This document shows, one piece after another, positions 13,314-26,707 of a DNA stretch of 64,000 nt; position 1 is the stretch's first letter; the number at the start of each line of letters is the position of its first letter. A program made the position numbers and the translations under genes. Below the pieces are notes generated by a model. That model saw nothing but the letters and a program-made list of their open reading frames with translations, had not been told where the DNA came from and ran no database searches. Source of the DNA: Gekko japonicus (Eukaryota); contig NW_015161414.1 of NCBI RefSeq assembly GCF_001447785.1, forward strand, positions 30,768 to 94,767, written 5' to 3'.

Positions 13314-13489
13314 TAGGGATGGGCATGAACCTGGAAAAATTGAGGTTCATTGGAGGTTTGTGGTTCGGGGTTTTCATGAACCCTGAACCTCCAACAAACT
13401 TCTCCATTGCATGAACTGGTTTGTGCTTCGTGCTTCAGCCTGGTTTGTGCTCAAACTGGGGTTCATTTGTGGGTTCGTGCCCATCCCTA
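13314..13489. mobile_element. hAT MITE with TAGGGATGGGCA TIRs
   Basis: TIRs TAGGGATGGGCATGAACC / GGTTCGTGCCCATCCCTA; 8-bp TSD gtggcagc / gtggtagc. Confidence 0.85.
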
Positions 13490-14316
13490 GTGGTAGCAGT
13501 TACTGTACTTGACTCGTTCTGAAGTTAACAGCTATGGGATAGGCGAGAATAAGGGCAAGTGATTGAGTACAAGTCCTGCTACCATCTCAGGAATGGCTGC
13601 TCTGCCAATGCCACCTGCAACCAGCTTCTGCTTCACAAAGCAGTTTAGTGCCCAAGAGCAGCAACATGTCCCAGATCATGTAGACTGCTGCTAAGAAACA
13701 GCTAGCTTTCCCCCTGGTGAGTGAGGACAGAAAGGGCTGCAGAGAGATGTGCAGAAATGGAGATAAGGTGGCAGGCCACTAAGTTCCTAGTGAGCTATTT
13801 AACTGATGTATTATTCTTGTTCTTTATGTTGTGAAGGGAGGAACAGCACAGGGTTGTTTTAAAGTGGGTCCCAGATGGTGAAGTAAGTTTAGGTACATAG
13901 GTTCCATTTCAAACTGTTGAACTGAAGGCTGAACTCCCATTTGTGGCTTTGTAGGTAACTTATTTTCTCCTTACTTACATTACCATAATATTCTGACTAA
14001 ACAATTCTCTGTTTTCCCCCACTTTTTGGTTCTATAACTATCTAGAAGAGTTTTGGTTAAACTGGACTATTTATTAATTCCACTTTCATGGCCACTACAC
14101 TTTTCCTACACAGAAAATACTTTCATGTTAAAGAACCCCCTGCAAATAGATCGTGATGTATGTTAATTGAACATACTCCTATTTTGTTATGGGTACATTG
14201 TTATTTATGACACCTAATATTCTCTTGGTTCTATTTTGCAATTGCTTGGCTAGATTTTTGCAATCATGCCTTTTCCTTATATGTGGATTAGGTATGCACA
14301 GATGCATATAGTATAT

Positions 14317-14401
14317 AGATAATATTTGATTCATTGTCATATGAATTGTGTAGTATACAGTATACTATACAACTCATATGACAATTAATCAAATGTTATC
14401 T
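14317..14401. repeat. 85-bp AT-rich palindrome
   Basis: 42-bp arms with 4 mismatches and a 1-nt spacer. Confidence 0.9.
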
Positions 14402-15189
14402 CCCCAACTTCCTACTCTTAAGAACCTGCCCCAGTACCCTATTTAGAAATCAGTTTCCTTATTTCTCTTACTTAATCATATTTTAAGACAGCGAACAGTT
14501 CTGATTACTGTATTAGCAAAACAGTCAGTGATCAAAGATGACCTTTGCCCTTCTGCAAATGGCATAATGCTGCCTTGATGTTTGGAATTAGCAACAATTG
14601 TTCATGGCTAATGGCTTTCCTGGAGCTTTATGATCAATACAAAACGCAACTACAATATCTAGCAATCCATTTCCAGCAGCTAAGTGTCCTTTTGAAAACA
14701 GCTATAATCTTTAGAATTTGAACTCTGGGTTTTGCTTTCCATTTCAGCATTAGAAGGGAAGCAATCTTTGTTGCAGTATTTTCAACTCTGGAATTTTATT
14801 TTCTGTCACCGTTATATTTTAAAGGGCAACAGACCATCTATAAGGAATAGGGAACCAATTTTTATAGAAAGTGTAGGCTTGGCACAAACAAATGAATTTG
14901 TATGCTATTCACATACAATATTATGGTTTCTGTTATTTTTCAGTTTTACACAAGTGTTTTCTTAATGTTTATAAGCCTAGAATTTTTGTCTTACATTCAT
15001 CCTGTTTAACTATCTCTCGTTTTCTGCCTTTCATTGGGTGTGTGTGCATATTTGTAGGTAAACAGCATCTTCATAATATAATTCAGTTTTTATTGCAACA
15101 TGAACAAATTCGTAGTGTAAAATCTGGATTCCACTTTGAACAGGGAGATAAACAGGTGTTTTCTACTAGTGGAATGTGTATATTCGGGC

Positions 15190-16175
15190 CTCTTTGATGG
15201 CAGCTTGGCAAAGAGCTTCTGCTGCATTCTCTTGTCTTGAAGGCTGCAGACAAACTGGTCCAGGAGCATTTCCTCTATGTCTTGGAACTCACAGCGGCGG
15301 GCAAGGTGGTGGAGTGCTGCCACGTATGTGGACACGGACTCCCCAGCCGCCTGATCCTGTTTGTAAAAGGTGTGGCAGTGAGTGATGTGGGACGGTTGCG
15401 GTGAAAAATGGTTCTTTAGAAGAGCCATAATGTCCTTGTATGAAGTGTCCCGGAGTTCAGCTGGCGCCGCAAGATTCTGGACGACCTCGATGGTTGCAGA
15501 GCTGCAGAAGCTGAACAGGGTGGCCCACTTGAGGCCAGCATCAGTGATTTTGTTTGCCTCGAGGAAGAACTCAAGGTGGTTGGCATAAGTGTCCCATAGT
15601 TCTGGGGATGCAGGGCCAAATTCTTTGAGGCGGCCTTGAGAGGCCATGCTTCTTCATCTGCGAAGCGGCTTGTAGAAGCTCGCAGCGCTGCTCTTTGTCT
15701 GTGGCGATGGTTCCCTGGAGGTGATTCAGTTTCTTTGGCCTCTAGCCATGCTAGAAAGTTCCCATCCTTGTCACCATTGTTAAATAGTGGATTTTACACG
15801 GCAGAGGTGAAAGCAGAGTGATTTCAACAAGCAACAGTTTGTTGCATCTCAACAGGAATGCTTTACATGGAGCAACTGCCCTAACTATATACACCTAAGC
15901 CACTCCCAGCCCCCATGCAATTGGTGAGTTCAAATGGCTTTCAGGGTCCAGATTGGCTGGCTGCCCTCAGGGGCCAATCTGCAGGCAGGTTCCAGAATCC
16001 TGCCTGCCTTTGTTCTGGGGCTTCAAGCTCCAACTAGGCGGCCTGTCCAGACATGCCTCCCCACTCTCCATCTAGGTGGCCTGCCAGACAAGTCCAGGCA
16101 TGCCTCCTTATGCAGGCTACTAGCACCAGCAGCAGTTAAGCCTGAGTAGAAGATTTCACATGTCCAGACATAACA
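15190..16175 (-). mobile_element. Truncated Gypsy (Mag/K02A2.6-like) element: 5' LTR 15778-16175, PBS 15759-15776, decayed gag
   Basis: gag-like ORF (WDTYANHLEFFLEANKI...GESVSTYVAAL..LARRCEF..LLDQFVCSL); TG..CA LTR; PBS is a decayed match to the tRNA-Ser(GCU) 3' end. Confidence 0.85.
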
Positions 16176-17109
16176 AAACATAAACTCCAGGGAAACTATT
16201 TAATTATTTGAACAGTTGATACCTATAGGAATGTTTGAAGCTTTGATCTGCATCACACAAAGTCTTAAAACATGCTTTCAAAATCCTATCTTAAAAGAGT
16301 CATTGCTGTACTTACAGAAAAACGTAACATTTTACAAAGGCCTGATTACTTTATTGGAATGTTTTCTGCATTATTGTAGTATCTTGATACACCTCAGTTC
16401 ATAAAAACATCCCCCTTGCATAGCTCTACCAGGGACTCCCCCCTTGTCTCATTAAATAGCTGAGTGAATAGTGAAACTGTCCTCTGTTCTCCTGTGGCCA
16501 CTCAGTTCAAGCTGTGATTGTTCATCCTGCAGTGTGTGTTCTACAGGCTGTGGCTGTTGGTTCAAAGTTATATAGGCAGTGTTGCTTTTGTGGAAAAAAA
16601 AGAACAAACTGGATAATTATCACTTGAAGTCTGTTAAATGTGGGAAATGGCTAACAGGATTTATTCATTAAAATTCAACAAAGGAAAAATATCTCCCCTT
16701 TTTGCCTTTGATGATGTCAGCCTTTCATTGGAAAACAAATTATCGTTTGGTGGAACAGTACTAAGATTAGAAATTCCAAGTGACAAACCTTACACTTATT
16801 CTGCTTCTAATGAGAAACTGTGGCCATTTTGAGGAGGTAGCATTAGGGGACCTCATTCAGTTCTGACTTTTAATAATTCTGCATACCATTAGCAGTCATT
16901 TAATTAGATCCAAACAGACATGTAATTGAGCCTGTTTAATGTAACAGACTTCAATCAACTTTTTTTTTTAATGATCTCTTGATAGAAGAGCTGGAGCTAT
17001 GAAAACTTTTAGGAACTTATGGAAATAATATAAACATTATACAGTGTAAAAATACAGTGCCACATTTGTTTCCTTATCTCTTTCTTCTCCCCTCCCCCCT
17101 ATTCCACAG

Positions 17110-17227
17110 GGAAAAGGAGAGAGCCTTCAGTAACATAGAGCATGACTCCAGGCAGAAGACCAGAGTTCCACGTTTCACTGGAGGCGGTTTCCCACTGAGC
17201 CATCCACCTCCCAGAATTGTGGCCTAA
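17110..17227 (+). CDS. CFAP58: CFAP58 terminal coding exon (KEKERAFSNIEHDSRQKTRVPRFTGGGFPLSHPPPRIVA*)
   Basis: Long pyrimidine tract with cacag acceptor; phase 2 fits the preceding exon; conserved FTGGGFPL C-terminal motif; TAA at 17225-17227. Confidence 0.9.
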
Positions 17228-18300
17228 ACGATTGCATAACCACACCTCATCTTCTGCCTTAGTATCTCCATCTGAACTAAAATAACATTCTTGGATATAT
17301 GAGACAGTACTATTGCTTTGAGAGGAACATGTAGCGAAAACATTGACTTGAGATCACTGTGGTTTTTTAATCAGAGGCTGGAGTAGGCAGTGTTGTTCTT
17401 TATACTCTCTTAGTCAAATGCTGCCCCATGGATATCAGTGAAACTACATAGCATGAGAGAGGCACTCATTTTGGAAAAAAATTCTGTACTATCTTTGGTT
17501 TTATTTCTAAGCATCTTGACTGAAAGTAAGATGTGTCGAAATCAGTGTGGCTTACTTCCAAATAAATACCTTGAGGACTTTGTGTTAAGCGTGTAATCAA
17601 GCAGCTTCTAAAAATGCATAGCTGTATTGCCTCAAACTACTTCTTCCTAAATATACCTCTTAAAACCCTGTGAAAAAAGAGAGGACATTACCAGCGTAGC
17701 CATCTTAAGAAAAATACAGTGCTGAGAATTTGTCTGTATTAATTTGTGGAGCTCTAAGCTCCTGTGTATTTTGCAGTTGCAAGAGACATTAGGAAGATCA
17801 GAAAAGTGTGCAGCAATGTTAAGCCTGCACGAATCCCATGCTGGGGAAATGTTATTCTTTTTTACAGCGCGCAGGTATCAAGTATGGTGGTAACCGCTTA
17901 ACTGTACCCAAGGCTTCCATGTTGGGAACTTGCCTTGCTTTCATTTAATTTGTTTCTTATATTCCAAATGTGGGTGCGAAATGTAATCAAGCTTAAAGGA
18001 AGACAGATCTGCAGCATTTAAAATTGTTTACATAGGAAGCCTCCCCACCATGGTAACTTTTTTCAACCCTAAGAGACTTAATTATCAGTCATTAGCACAA
18101 TGTGAGTTTCTGGAAGAGGGGGCGGGGTGGGGGATACTCAAGCTATACAGAATAAAATGTTTTGAAAATGGCTCTGGTGTGAAATGTTTACTGTCTGCCT
18201 CAGGAATGAAAAACTAGTCCATAGAGATATCCTGATAAATATTTTATATTTTAAAAATCATTTGCAAAGATACCGATCTTTGCTTTGGTGGAATAAATAA
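17228..18300 (+). other. CFAP58: CFAP58 3' UTR with candidate polyadenylation signals
   Basis: AATAAA at 17561, 18151 and 18292; the site actually used cannot be determined from sequence. Confidence 0.45.
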
Positions 18301-20081
18301 TTAAATATTAAAGCTGATCTTGAAAACTATTGATGTAAGTGTTTAATTCTCAAAAATCAAGTAAAACTGATGGGGGGCACTCCAGTTTGATCTTACGTCA
18401 CGGATCAGGATAGTGAGTTATTGGTTGTATTATTTTCTTTAGCTTCCAAAACAGCTATCAGTCTTATTAGATCTTCTGTATCATGTGCCTTGTCTCCTGA
18501 GGGCAGACACAATATATAAAATACTTTTTCATGACATTTCGTTATAACCATAACAGTCTGTTCACTGTAAACATAAGAATGACTAGATGAGACAAAGTAT
18601 TGACTCTTGGGAAGTAGCTAATACCAGAGACTTCAGGGGAAAATGGAACTGAATCCACGGAGCAGTCTCAGAATCTGCTATTGGGCACTGCTGATTTTTA
18701 GACATGGCCCAATCTGCCACATTTAGTCATGTCACTGAAGCTTTGGGGCTTCAGACGTCCTTTTATAGTTATAAATAGAATCCCTGTGGGATGAAATTGG
18801 GCCAACCTCCCCTTGTTACCAGTTATAGAACTGAGACAAAAGGAGCTTAAGGGGCTAAGCAGAAGTGGCAGCCAGTAGAATGACTTGAATCTTTGAACAG
18901 GACAGAAAGCTGGACTTCTCCATGTCCCCAACCGTATTTCTTATGGCAAGGTTTGCATCCTTTCTTATGCCTAGCTGGAAGAAATGTGGTTGGAAGTGCG
19001 GTTGCTAAACGACTCAGCACCTATTGCATCTCACCTTCAAACTCTGTATGCTTTATGTATGGCAGACTTGGATGGGTCACATCTAGTTAGCCTTTAGAAG
19101 CCTTGCCAAAGGATGCACAGTAAGAAACTGAACTGATGGTTTTGCCCATCTATTCTATTTATGTATTTTTCCGGATGGCTCTTACAATGTAAAACAAAGC
19201 TAACAGAAACAAACTATAATAGTGGCTGTAATTTTAAATACCCTTTTGATGCTCCATAAAGTAGCATGTGTATACACAGGCCACAGTACCTTCTATGTGT
19301 GATTGCTCAAATTAATGCGGAAAAAGTACACTGGGTGTTTTTGTTGTTTTCTTACACATGCCCAAAGGTCAATGCAAATGTTTTATCAAGCTGTGATTTT
19401 TATGCCACTGATTGGTCGTCCCCCCCCCCCCCGAGAGTTCAGTGTTATGTTGCAGAAGTGTTCCCCATTACCAGGACAAATAATTCTGGCACTAGAGTTT
19501 TTATGAAAAAGAAGACTGCAGCAGACTTCCAGATGTCATCAGCTTCCTTTGCTTATTGGGTTACTACAGAAAAAAGGGAGAAATGAAAGTACCTACTTTG
19601 GCTCCTTTTTTAAAGCTCTCATCAAATGTCAGCAGTCTGTGGATGAACTTCACAAGAAATTTCAGCTGCACAAGTCTTATTAAAATGACTGGGACTTGAG
19701 CAAAAGCGCATCCATGTGACAGGCCTGAATCTGTCTGAACAGAATTGTTCTTCTGTAGGTCACTTTTAGAAGACATCCAGATGGCTGCAGCAAACAAGTG
19801 AGAAGTTATCCAGGGAAGGCTAGGTCCCCTCTCCTCCCCCCATTACAAGCCCTTTAGGCTACGAAGAGAAGACATAACAATAAATCAACCCCACATCCAA
19901 TTCAGACAGTATGTCATGCGTGCATGGGGTGGGGTGGTGTAAGGGTGTCACAAGGCTGTAGCAATTCATGACCAAAGGAGATAAAGGTATTGATTTTGGA
20001 ATACACTGCCATGTATTCACTTCTCTGGTGCAATAATCTAGGATATCACTAACTGCAGCGCCACTTCTTTCATGAGACCAT

Positions 20082-20283
20082 TTCAGAGGGTAGTCGTGTT
20101 GGTCTGCAGTAGAACAGGTAGATTCAAGTCCAGTAGCACTTTAGAAGCCAACAGGATTTTCAGGGTATAAGCTTTTGAGAGTCAAAGGTATGTAGGACAA
20201 AGGAGCTTTTGGCTCCTGAAAGCTTATACCCTAAAAATCCTGTTGGTCTTGTTGGTGCTACTGGACTCAAATCTAGCTGTTTC
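20082..20283. mobile_element. Penelope pseudo-LTR-derived fold-back element
   Basis: Arms agtccagtagcac...agggtataagcttt / aaagcttataccct...gtgctactggact; GGAGC-TTTTG-GCTCC stem directly before GAAAGCTTATAC. Confidence 0.7.
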
Positions 20284-22144
20284 ATGAGAACAACATTCAA
20301 CTTATGTAACTATTCAATTTCAGTGACTTGCTGTGTCTGTCAATAAAAAGACCTTGCTTACACACTGCTGGTCCTCCCCAGCCTCAGAAACCATGTCCCA
20401 GAGGAGAATGACTGATGGGGCTACAAGATCGGCTACCCCAGACTCACTGTAGCTGGCAGGGACCCCAGTGTGCATCACCAAGAGAAGTAGGCGGCAAGTG
20501 GGGAAGAAGCAGAACCAACAGCATGAACATTCCTTGGGACCAGGCAGGCCCACGGGAAGCTGACCAGGCCCAGCTGTGAGAATTTCCACTCTCACTGGCT
20601 TCCTTGGTCAACTGATCAGGGGCCAATAGACTGCCCCAGGAGGTACCTATCATGGAGAGAGCAGAGGAAGGAACTGGCTCAACCTTGCTCTGACAGTCTA
20701 GGCCATCCAGAGGACAGGGAATAAGGGGGCATGGGTACAGGTGGGGCCAAACCTAACCCAACTATATAAGGCAGTTCCCACAAGCCAGTAATGGATCCTG
20801 CTCTAGGATTGCGAGAGCAGGCATCCTGGGGAGAGAGAGGAACCAGATGGTGCAACCTATTCCTCTTCTCATTTTGAGTCCTGGGGAAGCTCAGGGGCTG
20901 ATGCCCACATGATGGACAGGCTTCAGGAATGGCCGGGGGAGCATCACACAATGGAAGGGATACCTTACAGGTACTGTGCTTAGAATATCAAGTTATGTCA
21001 TATTTGTGAAGGGGAGTACATTCCAGTGTGAAAAATTGTAACAAGGAAAGAGGGGAATTTTAAAATGTGCCAAATTGGGTAGGCCAGATGTGCAGGCTTG
21101 TCTTGCAGTAGTCACTGTCAGCTGTTGGGACCAATATGGGTTAAAGCATCCTGCCATTTGTCTACGCCGTAGATTAATCACATAGGTGTCCACAGGGGGC
21201 AAGCGGGTACTTGCCTCCTCTAACCTAAATTTACTGAGGTTTTCTTTAATGTACCCTGACACATACTTCCAAATTGTCAGCAAACGGGTCTCGAGTGATC
21301 TCTTGAGTTGATAGACAACTTCAAGTGAGAGAATAACAGGCTCTAGATGCCAGACCTGGACTCTGCACTGTTCTGGAAGAGAGCTTCCTGGGTCAACAGG
21401 CAACTCAGATGAATACTGCTTGTTCAATTCTAACAATACAGCTTGTTCTAAAATTTACATATTTTATCATCTAAGCGCTCTGAGCTCAGAAGAATCTAGC
21501 CAAAATGGGGGAAAGGGGAAGAAGATCTGAGTGACAGCGGGGGAGAGCCTGGTAAGACTCCATTACACACTGAAGACTCTTATACAGCCATTCCAATCTA
21601 ACACTGTGGTCCAAACCATGTTTACTTTGAAGGAAACATCATGGAATCCAGAAAAGTGTGGAAAGATGGTGAAGAACAATGGTGGAGGGTGGAGGAAAAA
21701 AAACTGTCAGGTGATCTGTAGTTACAATTAATAAATCTTATCTGTCCCTTCCCCCACTTAGATTATTTCTGTGGGTAATTTGTGTGAGGGATAAGGTTAT
21801 GAACTTTTAAGATAGTCCCTCTAGCTATCCTTTTAATATCAGTTTGATCTGCAGCAACTGTCTGGTGATGTTATGCCATGAACACGTTCACATCTTTTGA
21901 CATCTTAAACCTCTATTAAATTACAGAACTTTCTTTTTCCTGGCAGGTTGGTAAATTTAGTGAGGGAGAAAGCCTAAGCAAGTCTAGTCAGAGGGAAGTG
22001 TCATTTTAGTAAGTGAGACTTATTCCCAGAACAGTCTTGTTAGGATTACAATTTTAATATGCTGAGGGTGAAGTGAATGGTGAGGCCAGAATTCTGATGC
22101 AAGTGAGTATAGGGGCTATATCTCTTGTCTTATTTCACCTACAT

Positions 22145-22605
22145 TGGCTTCTGGTCCCAGTTCAAGGTGTTGGTATTGACCTTTAAAGCCCCATACAACT
22201 TGGGGCCACCATACCCGAAGGACTGCCTACTTCCATGTTAACTTACTCAACCACTACAGTCATCTTCAGAGACTTTGCTTTGAATGCCCTTGCCAACTGA
22301 GAATAGATGAGTAGCAACTTGAGAAGGCCTTCTTGGTTGTGGCACCAAAACTATGGAATCCCCCCCCCCGAGAGGTTCACCTGTTCCCTTCTGTCATTGC
22401 CTTCCACCAGCTGATTAAGTTTTCTGTTTTAATTATTCTTATTGAGCCTCCTTCCCATTCATGCATCTTTGTGTTTTGTTTTAGGCATTTCTAATGTATT
22501 TTAGACGTAGCTATATGTGTTTTAAACCTTTTAAAATGTTTTTATTATTTACCTCCTTGGGGCTGGATGGAAAGTTGGCTTTACAATATTTCAAATAAAT
22601 AAATA
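22145..22605 (+). mobile_element. L2 LINE 3' end
   Basis: ttcaaggtgttggtattgacctttaaagcc...aggccttcttggttgtggcacc..tggaa; ends in (AAAT)n. Confidence 0.7.
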
Positions 22606-23689
22606 ATGTTTCTCTGGCTAAATATAAATGTCATCCTAACAAAGTCTACTCAGAGTCCTACTCAGACCTATTCAGTGGGGCTTACTCTCTGGAAATTATT
22701 CTTAGGATTGTACTATATAGGCCTAACCATGCTTATTTATGGGGCACTGTGGTCTAATTTTTTTTTTGTTTAAAATAAATTGGTTCAGTGTCTATTCAGT
22801 ACAGATTATAAATATACACAGACAGTGCTGAAGGCGTAGTTGAGTTACTCTGGCATTGTGCCATCAAAGTCAACAGAGCTACATTTATTTATCTCAGCAG
22901 GCGATCTGGCACGCTTATGTGTAGACAGGTGGCTCCTCCTAGGATAAGAGGACATACGCTGACCTTAGCAGAATAATTTATTTTCCTCTCCATGTCTTGA
23001 CCCTTTTACTAATGAATACTACAAAAGCAAAACTGAAGCATCATCTCAAGTTTCTGTTGAGCTCATATTTTCCATGCAGATTTCAGTTGTCCCATTTGAT
23101 GTCAGCTAAAGTTGAGTATGTGCTTAATTCAGAGGGACTCGGATGTGCAACAGACAGGCTTTGGACAGGCAGAACGTTGTTCAGCAGAAGGTTCCTCTAC
23201 TCCCAGATGGGTTGTTGCTCCTGACCCAGCCAAGGGTCCAAAGCCTGTTTAAAAATCATACGTTACCACCATGAAGAATTTTGGATATCGTTCTTTAGCT
23301 CTTAAACTTACCAAAACATCCCCCCACCCGAATCTTCCTCTATAAGCAGCAAATGAAACTCAATACTAACGGGGAAAGTTTGGGAGGTGTAACCAAAGCA
23401 CAGTATACTGGTAGGCAAAAGGTGAAGGCAGGGTGCAGTCAAGGGGTCAACCCCTGCCGCAGAATGCAGAGGGAGCAGCATAGGTGTGTGCAGCAAGGTG
23501 TGTTCCTTCTCCTGTCCTCCAGTGCTAGGGCTGCAGCTGGCCCTATCACCCAGCTATACCAAATGTCGTGTCCTTCAGGCTACACCCAGCCCACTGATTT
23601 AACCCTTAGAGAGTTTCCATTGCTGTGCCCAAGACCGATCCTCCAGCTCCATAGGCCTCATCTCCAGTTACACAGAGGCTTATATATAT

Positions 23690-24290
23690 ATATTAAAAAA
23701 TTAAGATATTTATTATAAACGGAAATTAAAAACATACGTGACATTTTTAAAAAAAAGGTAGCAACACATGCAAAAATGAAACAACAAAAGTGAAAGAGTT
23801 TAAAATATTCCTTCACTGAATTGGGGTCAGAGGTAACTCCAACCAAGTTTCAAAAGTTTACTTGAATCGCAGTCCTTTGTTATGCAAAAATGTTCAAGAT
23901 GGCTTCAGCTATATGGGTTCTCCCACTTGTAAAAAAATCAGGAAGCCAATCATACTGACAAAGATCCCTTTGATAAGTCCAAGCAGCTCTAATATAGCTA
24001 GTGATTAACTATAAAGCCATTCCAAGCTTTTTCAAAGCTATTCTTTGACTAACAAGAGAACCATGTTTATGAATTTTGAATGGATGGAAACCTTACCCTT
24101 TGGATTGCCTTTTAAATGTTTCTTGTTAGCCAATGGGAGTAAAAATTAAGACAGCCAATCAGAAGGGTACAGGAAAGAATTTCAAACCACATGAGTTTGA
24201 TGGGCAAAGGTAATTATCCATTCACACCTAGGGATTGTTCAGCTGGAACATCTGTTCAACAAACCCAAGAAATATAAAATAAATTTTAAA
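23690..24290 (-). mobile_element. Decayed L1-like 3' fragment
   Basis: Composition and W-rich minus-strand coding remnants (ccattccaa, ccacatgag) typical of the L1 ORF2 end. Confidence 0.4.
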
Positions 24291-24839
24291 ATGCCCATTG
24301 CTAGGTCAATCCACACTTTATTGTATGTGTTATCTTGTTTTTCCTGTCTTTCACTTTTGTAATTCCATGTTTAGCATTGTTTGTATTCTGTATCTTGTAG
24401 TGTTTTTTGGTTTCACTGTTTTTCTTTTGTAATCCTAGTCCTATTTCATTGTTTATTGGACATCTTATGCTGTCTGATTGCATGGTTTTATATTTTGTAC
24501 TATGCCTTGTGTCTCAGCAATAAAGCAGAAAGTACATTGGAGTTAGCCTGTTTAGGATATGTCTATAAAGTGGCAACTGTTAAGAATGCTTCTTAAAAAG
24601 TATTGACCAATTGGACACAACCTGGGATAGGTATCATTAAGACCTTCTCATGTCAGGATAAATGTCTCAGTCCTTTATTGTGTTGATATTATAGACTGTT
24701 ACCACTAATTTGTGGATGGTATCCCTCAAAATAATTTTGGAGAGGCAATAGGCTTGTAAAAAAAGGAGCGGATGATTTTCAGGCAGCATAAATAGGTAGG
24801 TATAAATTAGGAATTCCACTTAACATTGCTTAACATAAT

Positions 24840-25124
24840 GGGTAATTTCCCACAAGCGCTGCTCCGCGCTCACTCCTCCCTTTTGCCCCGAGGGTACGTG
24901 TCAATTTCACACAAGCTGCTGTGCTGCCGCATTTTGCCCTGCAGCTTTGCGTGATTTTCCCTGCGCCGACTCAATCCTCAAAAAACAGGATTAAGTAGAC
25001 GCGGGGGAAATTGCGCGAAGCTGCGGGGCAAAATGCGGCTGCGCAGCAGCTTGTGTGAAATTGACACGTACCATCGAGGCAAAGAGAAGAGTGAGCGTGG
25101 AGCAGTGCTTGTGGGAAATCACCC
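24840..25124. mobile_element. Fully palindromic CpG-rich MITE (PIF/Harbinger-like)
   Basis: ~140-bp inverted arms (gggtaatttcccacaagc... / ...gcttgtgggaaatcaccc) around a short A loop; flanks aat/tat. Confidence 0.8.
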
Positions 25125-26568
25125 TATGTCTCTACCAGTTTGCTTTCAGGTGCACTGTTTAAGCCACCCCAAAGGAGGTGAAAAGAAAAGAATTGTGTAT
25201 GTATCCATCACTTGAATTTAATCTGAGCATCTGTTTTTTCTATGGCAGCTGATGGAGTCAGGTTTGAAGGACACCACCTGGATTTAGATTAACACACCTG
25301 TAAAATGAAATGCTAGGCCAGACTTCTGTCTTGCTTTCAGGAACACAAAGATAATTGACCTCAAGAAACTGCTTCCGGCAGTCTCTTTATTATTTTTATA
25401 GGAAAGTCCCACAAACCAATTACTTCTCACAATGGGCCTTTTATGAGGCTATTTAGTTTAATATGGCTTGTAGAAAAACTGCTCTTCAGAGAGACTAGAA
25501 TCCCATGGCAAGCTCAACAGGGTTTGACTTTGGGGGGGGGGGTGGATTAAGAGCCAGGCTGACATCTCCATGCCAACATCTCACACTGAAAGAAGACTGA
25601 CACTGGTAGATCCACCAAAGTGATTACAGAACTTTTTAAAAAATCTGTGAGGGGATGCTACATTTTTGCTCTCAAATAAGGTTAAGCTCAATGGTTCTGT
25701 ATGCAAAGCAGACCTTCTTTTTGCAAAGCAGATGCTCTGCCATGGAACCACAGTTCCTCCACAGTGTCCATTAATATGATACATAACCTGTATGCCATCC
25801 TAGTTGCTTCTGCTGACTCAGAGACTTGAAAATCAAAGCCAAGTATGGGAGCCAAGTGCTAAAGTAGGATCAAAACATAAGTGCTGTCTGAAGAAAAGCA
25901 AACTGGGTAAAGACCACAAGGCCCACTGCTTAATGACAAAACAAATGGGTGTTAGACTTGCAGAGGCACTTCTTGATTTAACTTTTCTTGCTTAAAGATC
26001 ACACAGCAGGTTTAATGGTTTCACAATAATACTCCAGTTGCCCATCGACAACTTCCAGAGCAAGTGTGGTATCTGGTTAAATTATAATACAGCCACATCA
26101 AAACCTCATTGCTGATGGATGTACTTCTTTAATGTGTTTTAATAAATGAATCTTGCCTTCCTGCAGTTCACAATGTTTGTGCAAGATGGCTTGAGGGAAT
26201 TAAACACATTTAACATCTCCCTTAAATAAACACATTGCTGCTTCACCTTCACTCATCCAGGCAGATAGAGATGAAACAGTAGAGATAATTGAGGAGATGG
26301 AGTGTCACTAGCGAATGCTACCAACACAGGCTATTTCCAGAGACAGAGTATAACTCCCCTGTAATTTCCCTTGAATCATCTTTAAAGTGGTATGGTATGA
26401 AAACCAATTCAGAATGGGGAATGGCATGGGAGAAATAGTGTGTTGGATTGGATGCTTAAAAACAACTTGGACTTCAGGAAATTGCCAGTCTTCAAGGGGC
26501 AGGAAATTCAGGTACACAAACACCCCAAAAGGACATTTTTTGGATGCAAGATTTTATTAAAGTGAACT

Positions 26569-26707
26569 GGGGATGTGGGAACATTCCCAATGGATTATAA
26601 AGATAGGACAATAGATATATTAGAAATCAATCCAATTTGGGCATATTGTATGATGTTTTGTATAAACTTGTATTATGAGAATTAAAAGCAAAATAAAATG
26701 TTTTTAT
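26569..26707 (+). mobile_element. Short 5'-truncated L1-type 3' end with TSD
   Basis: TTAAAGTGAACT direct repeat at 26557-26568 and 26708-26719; AATAAA near the 3' end. Confidence 0.65.
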
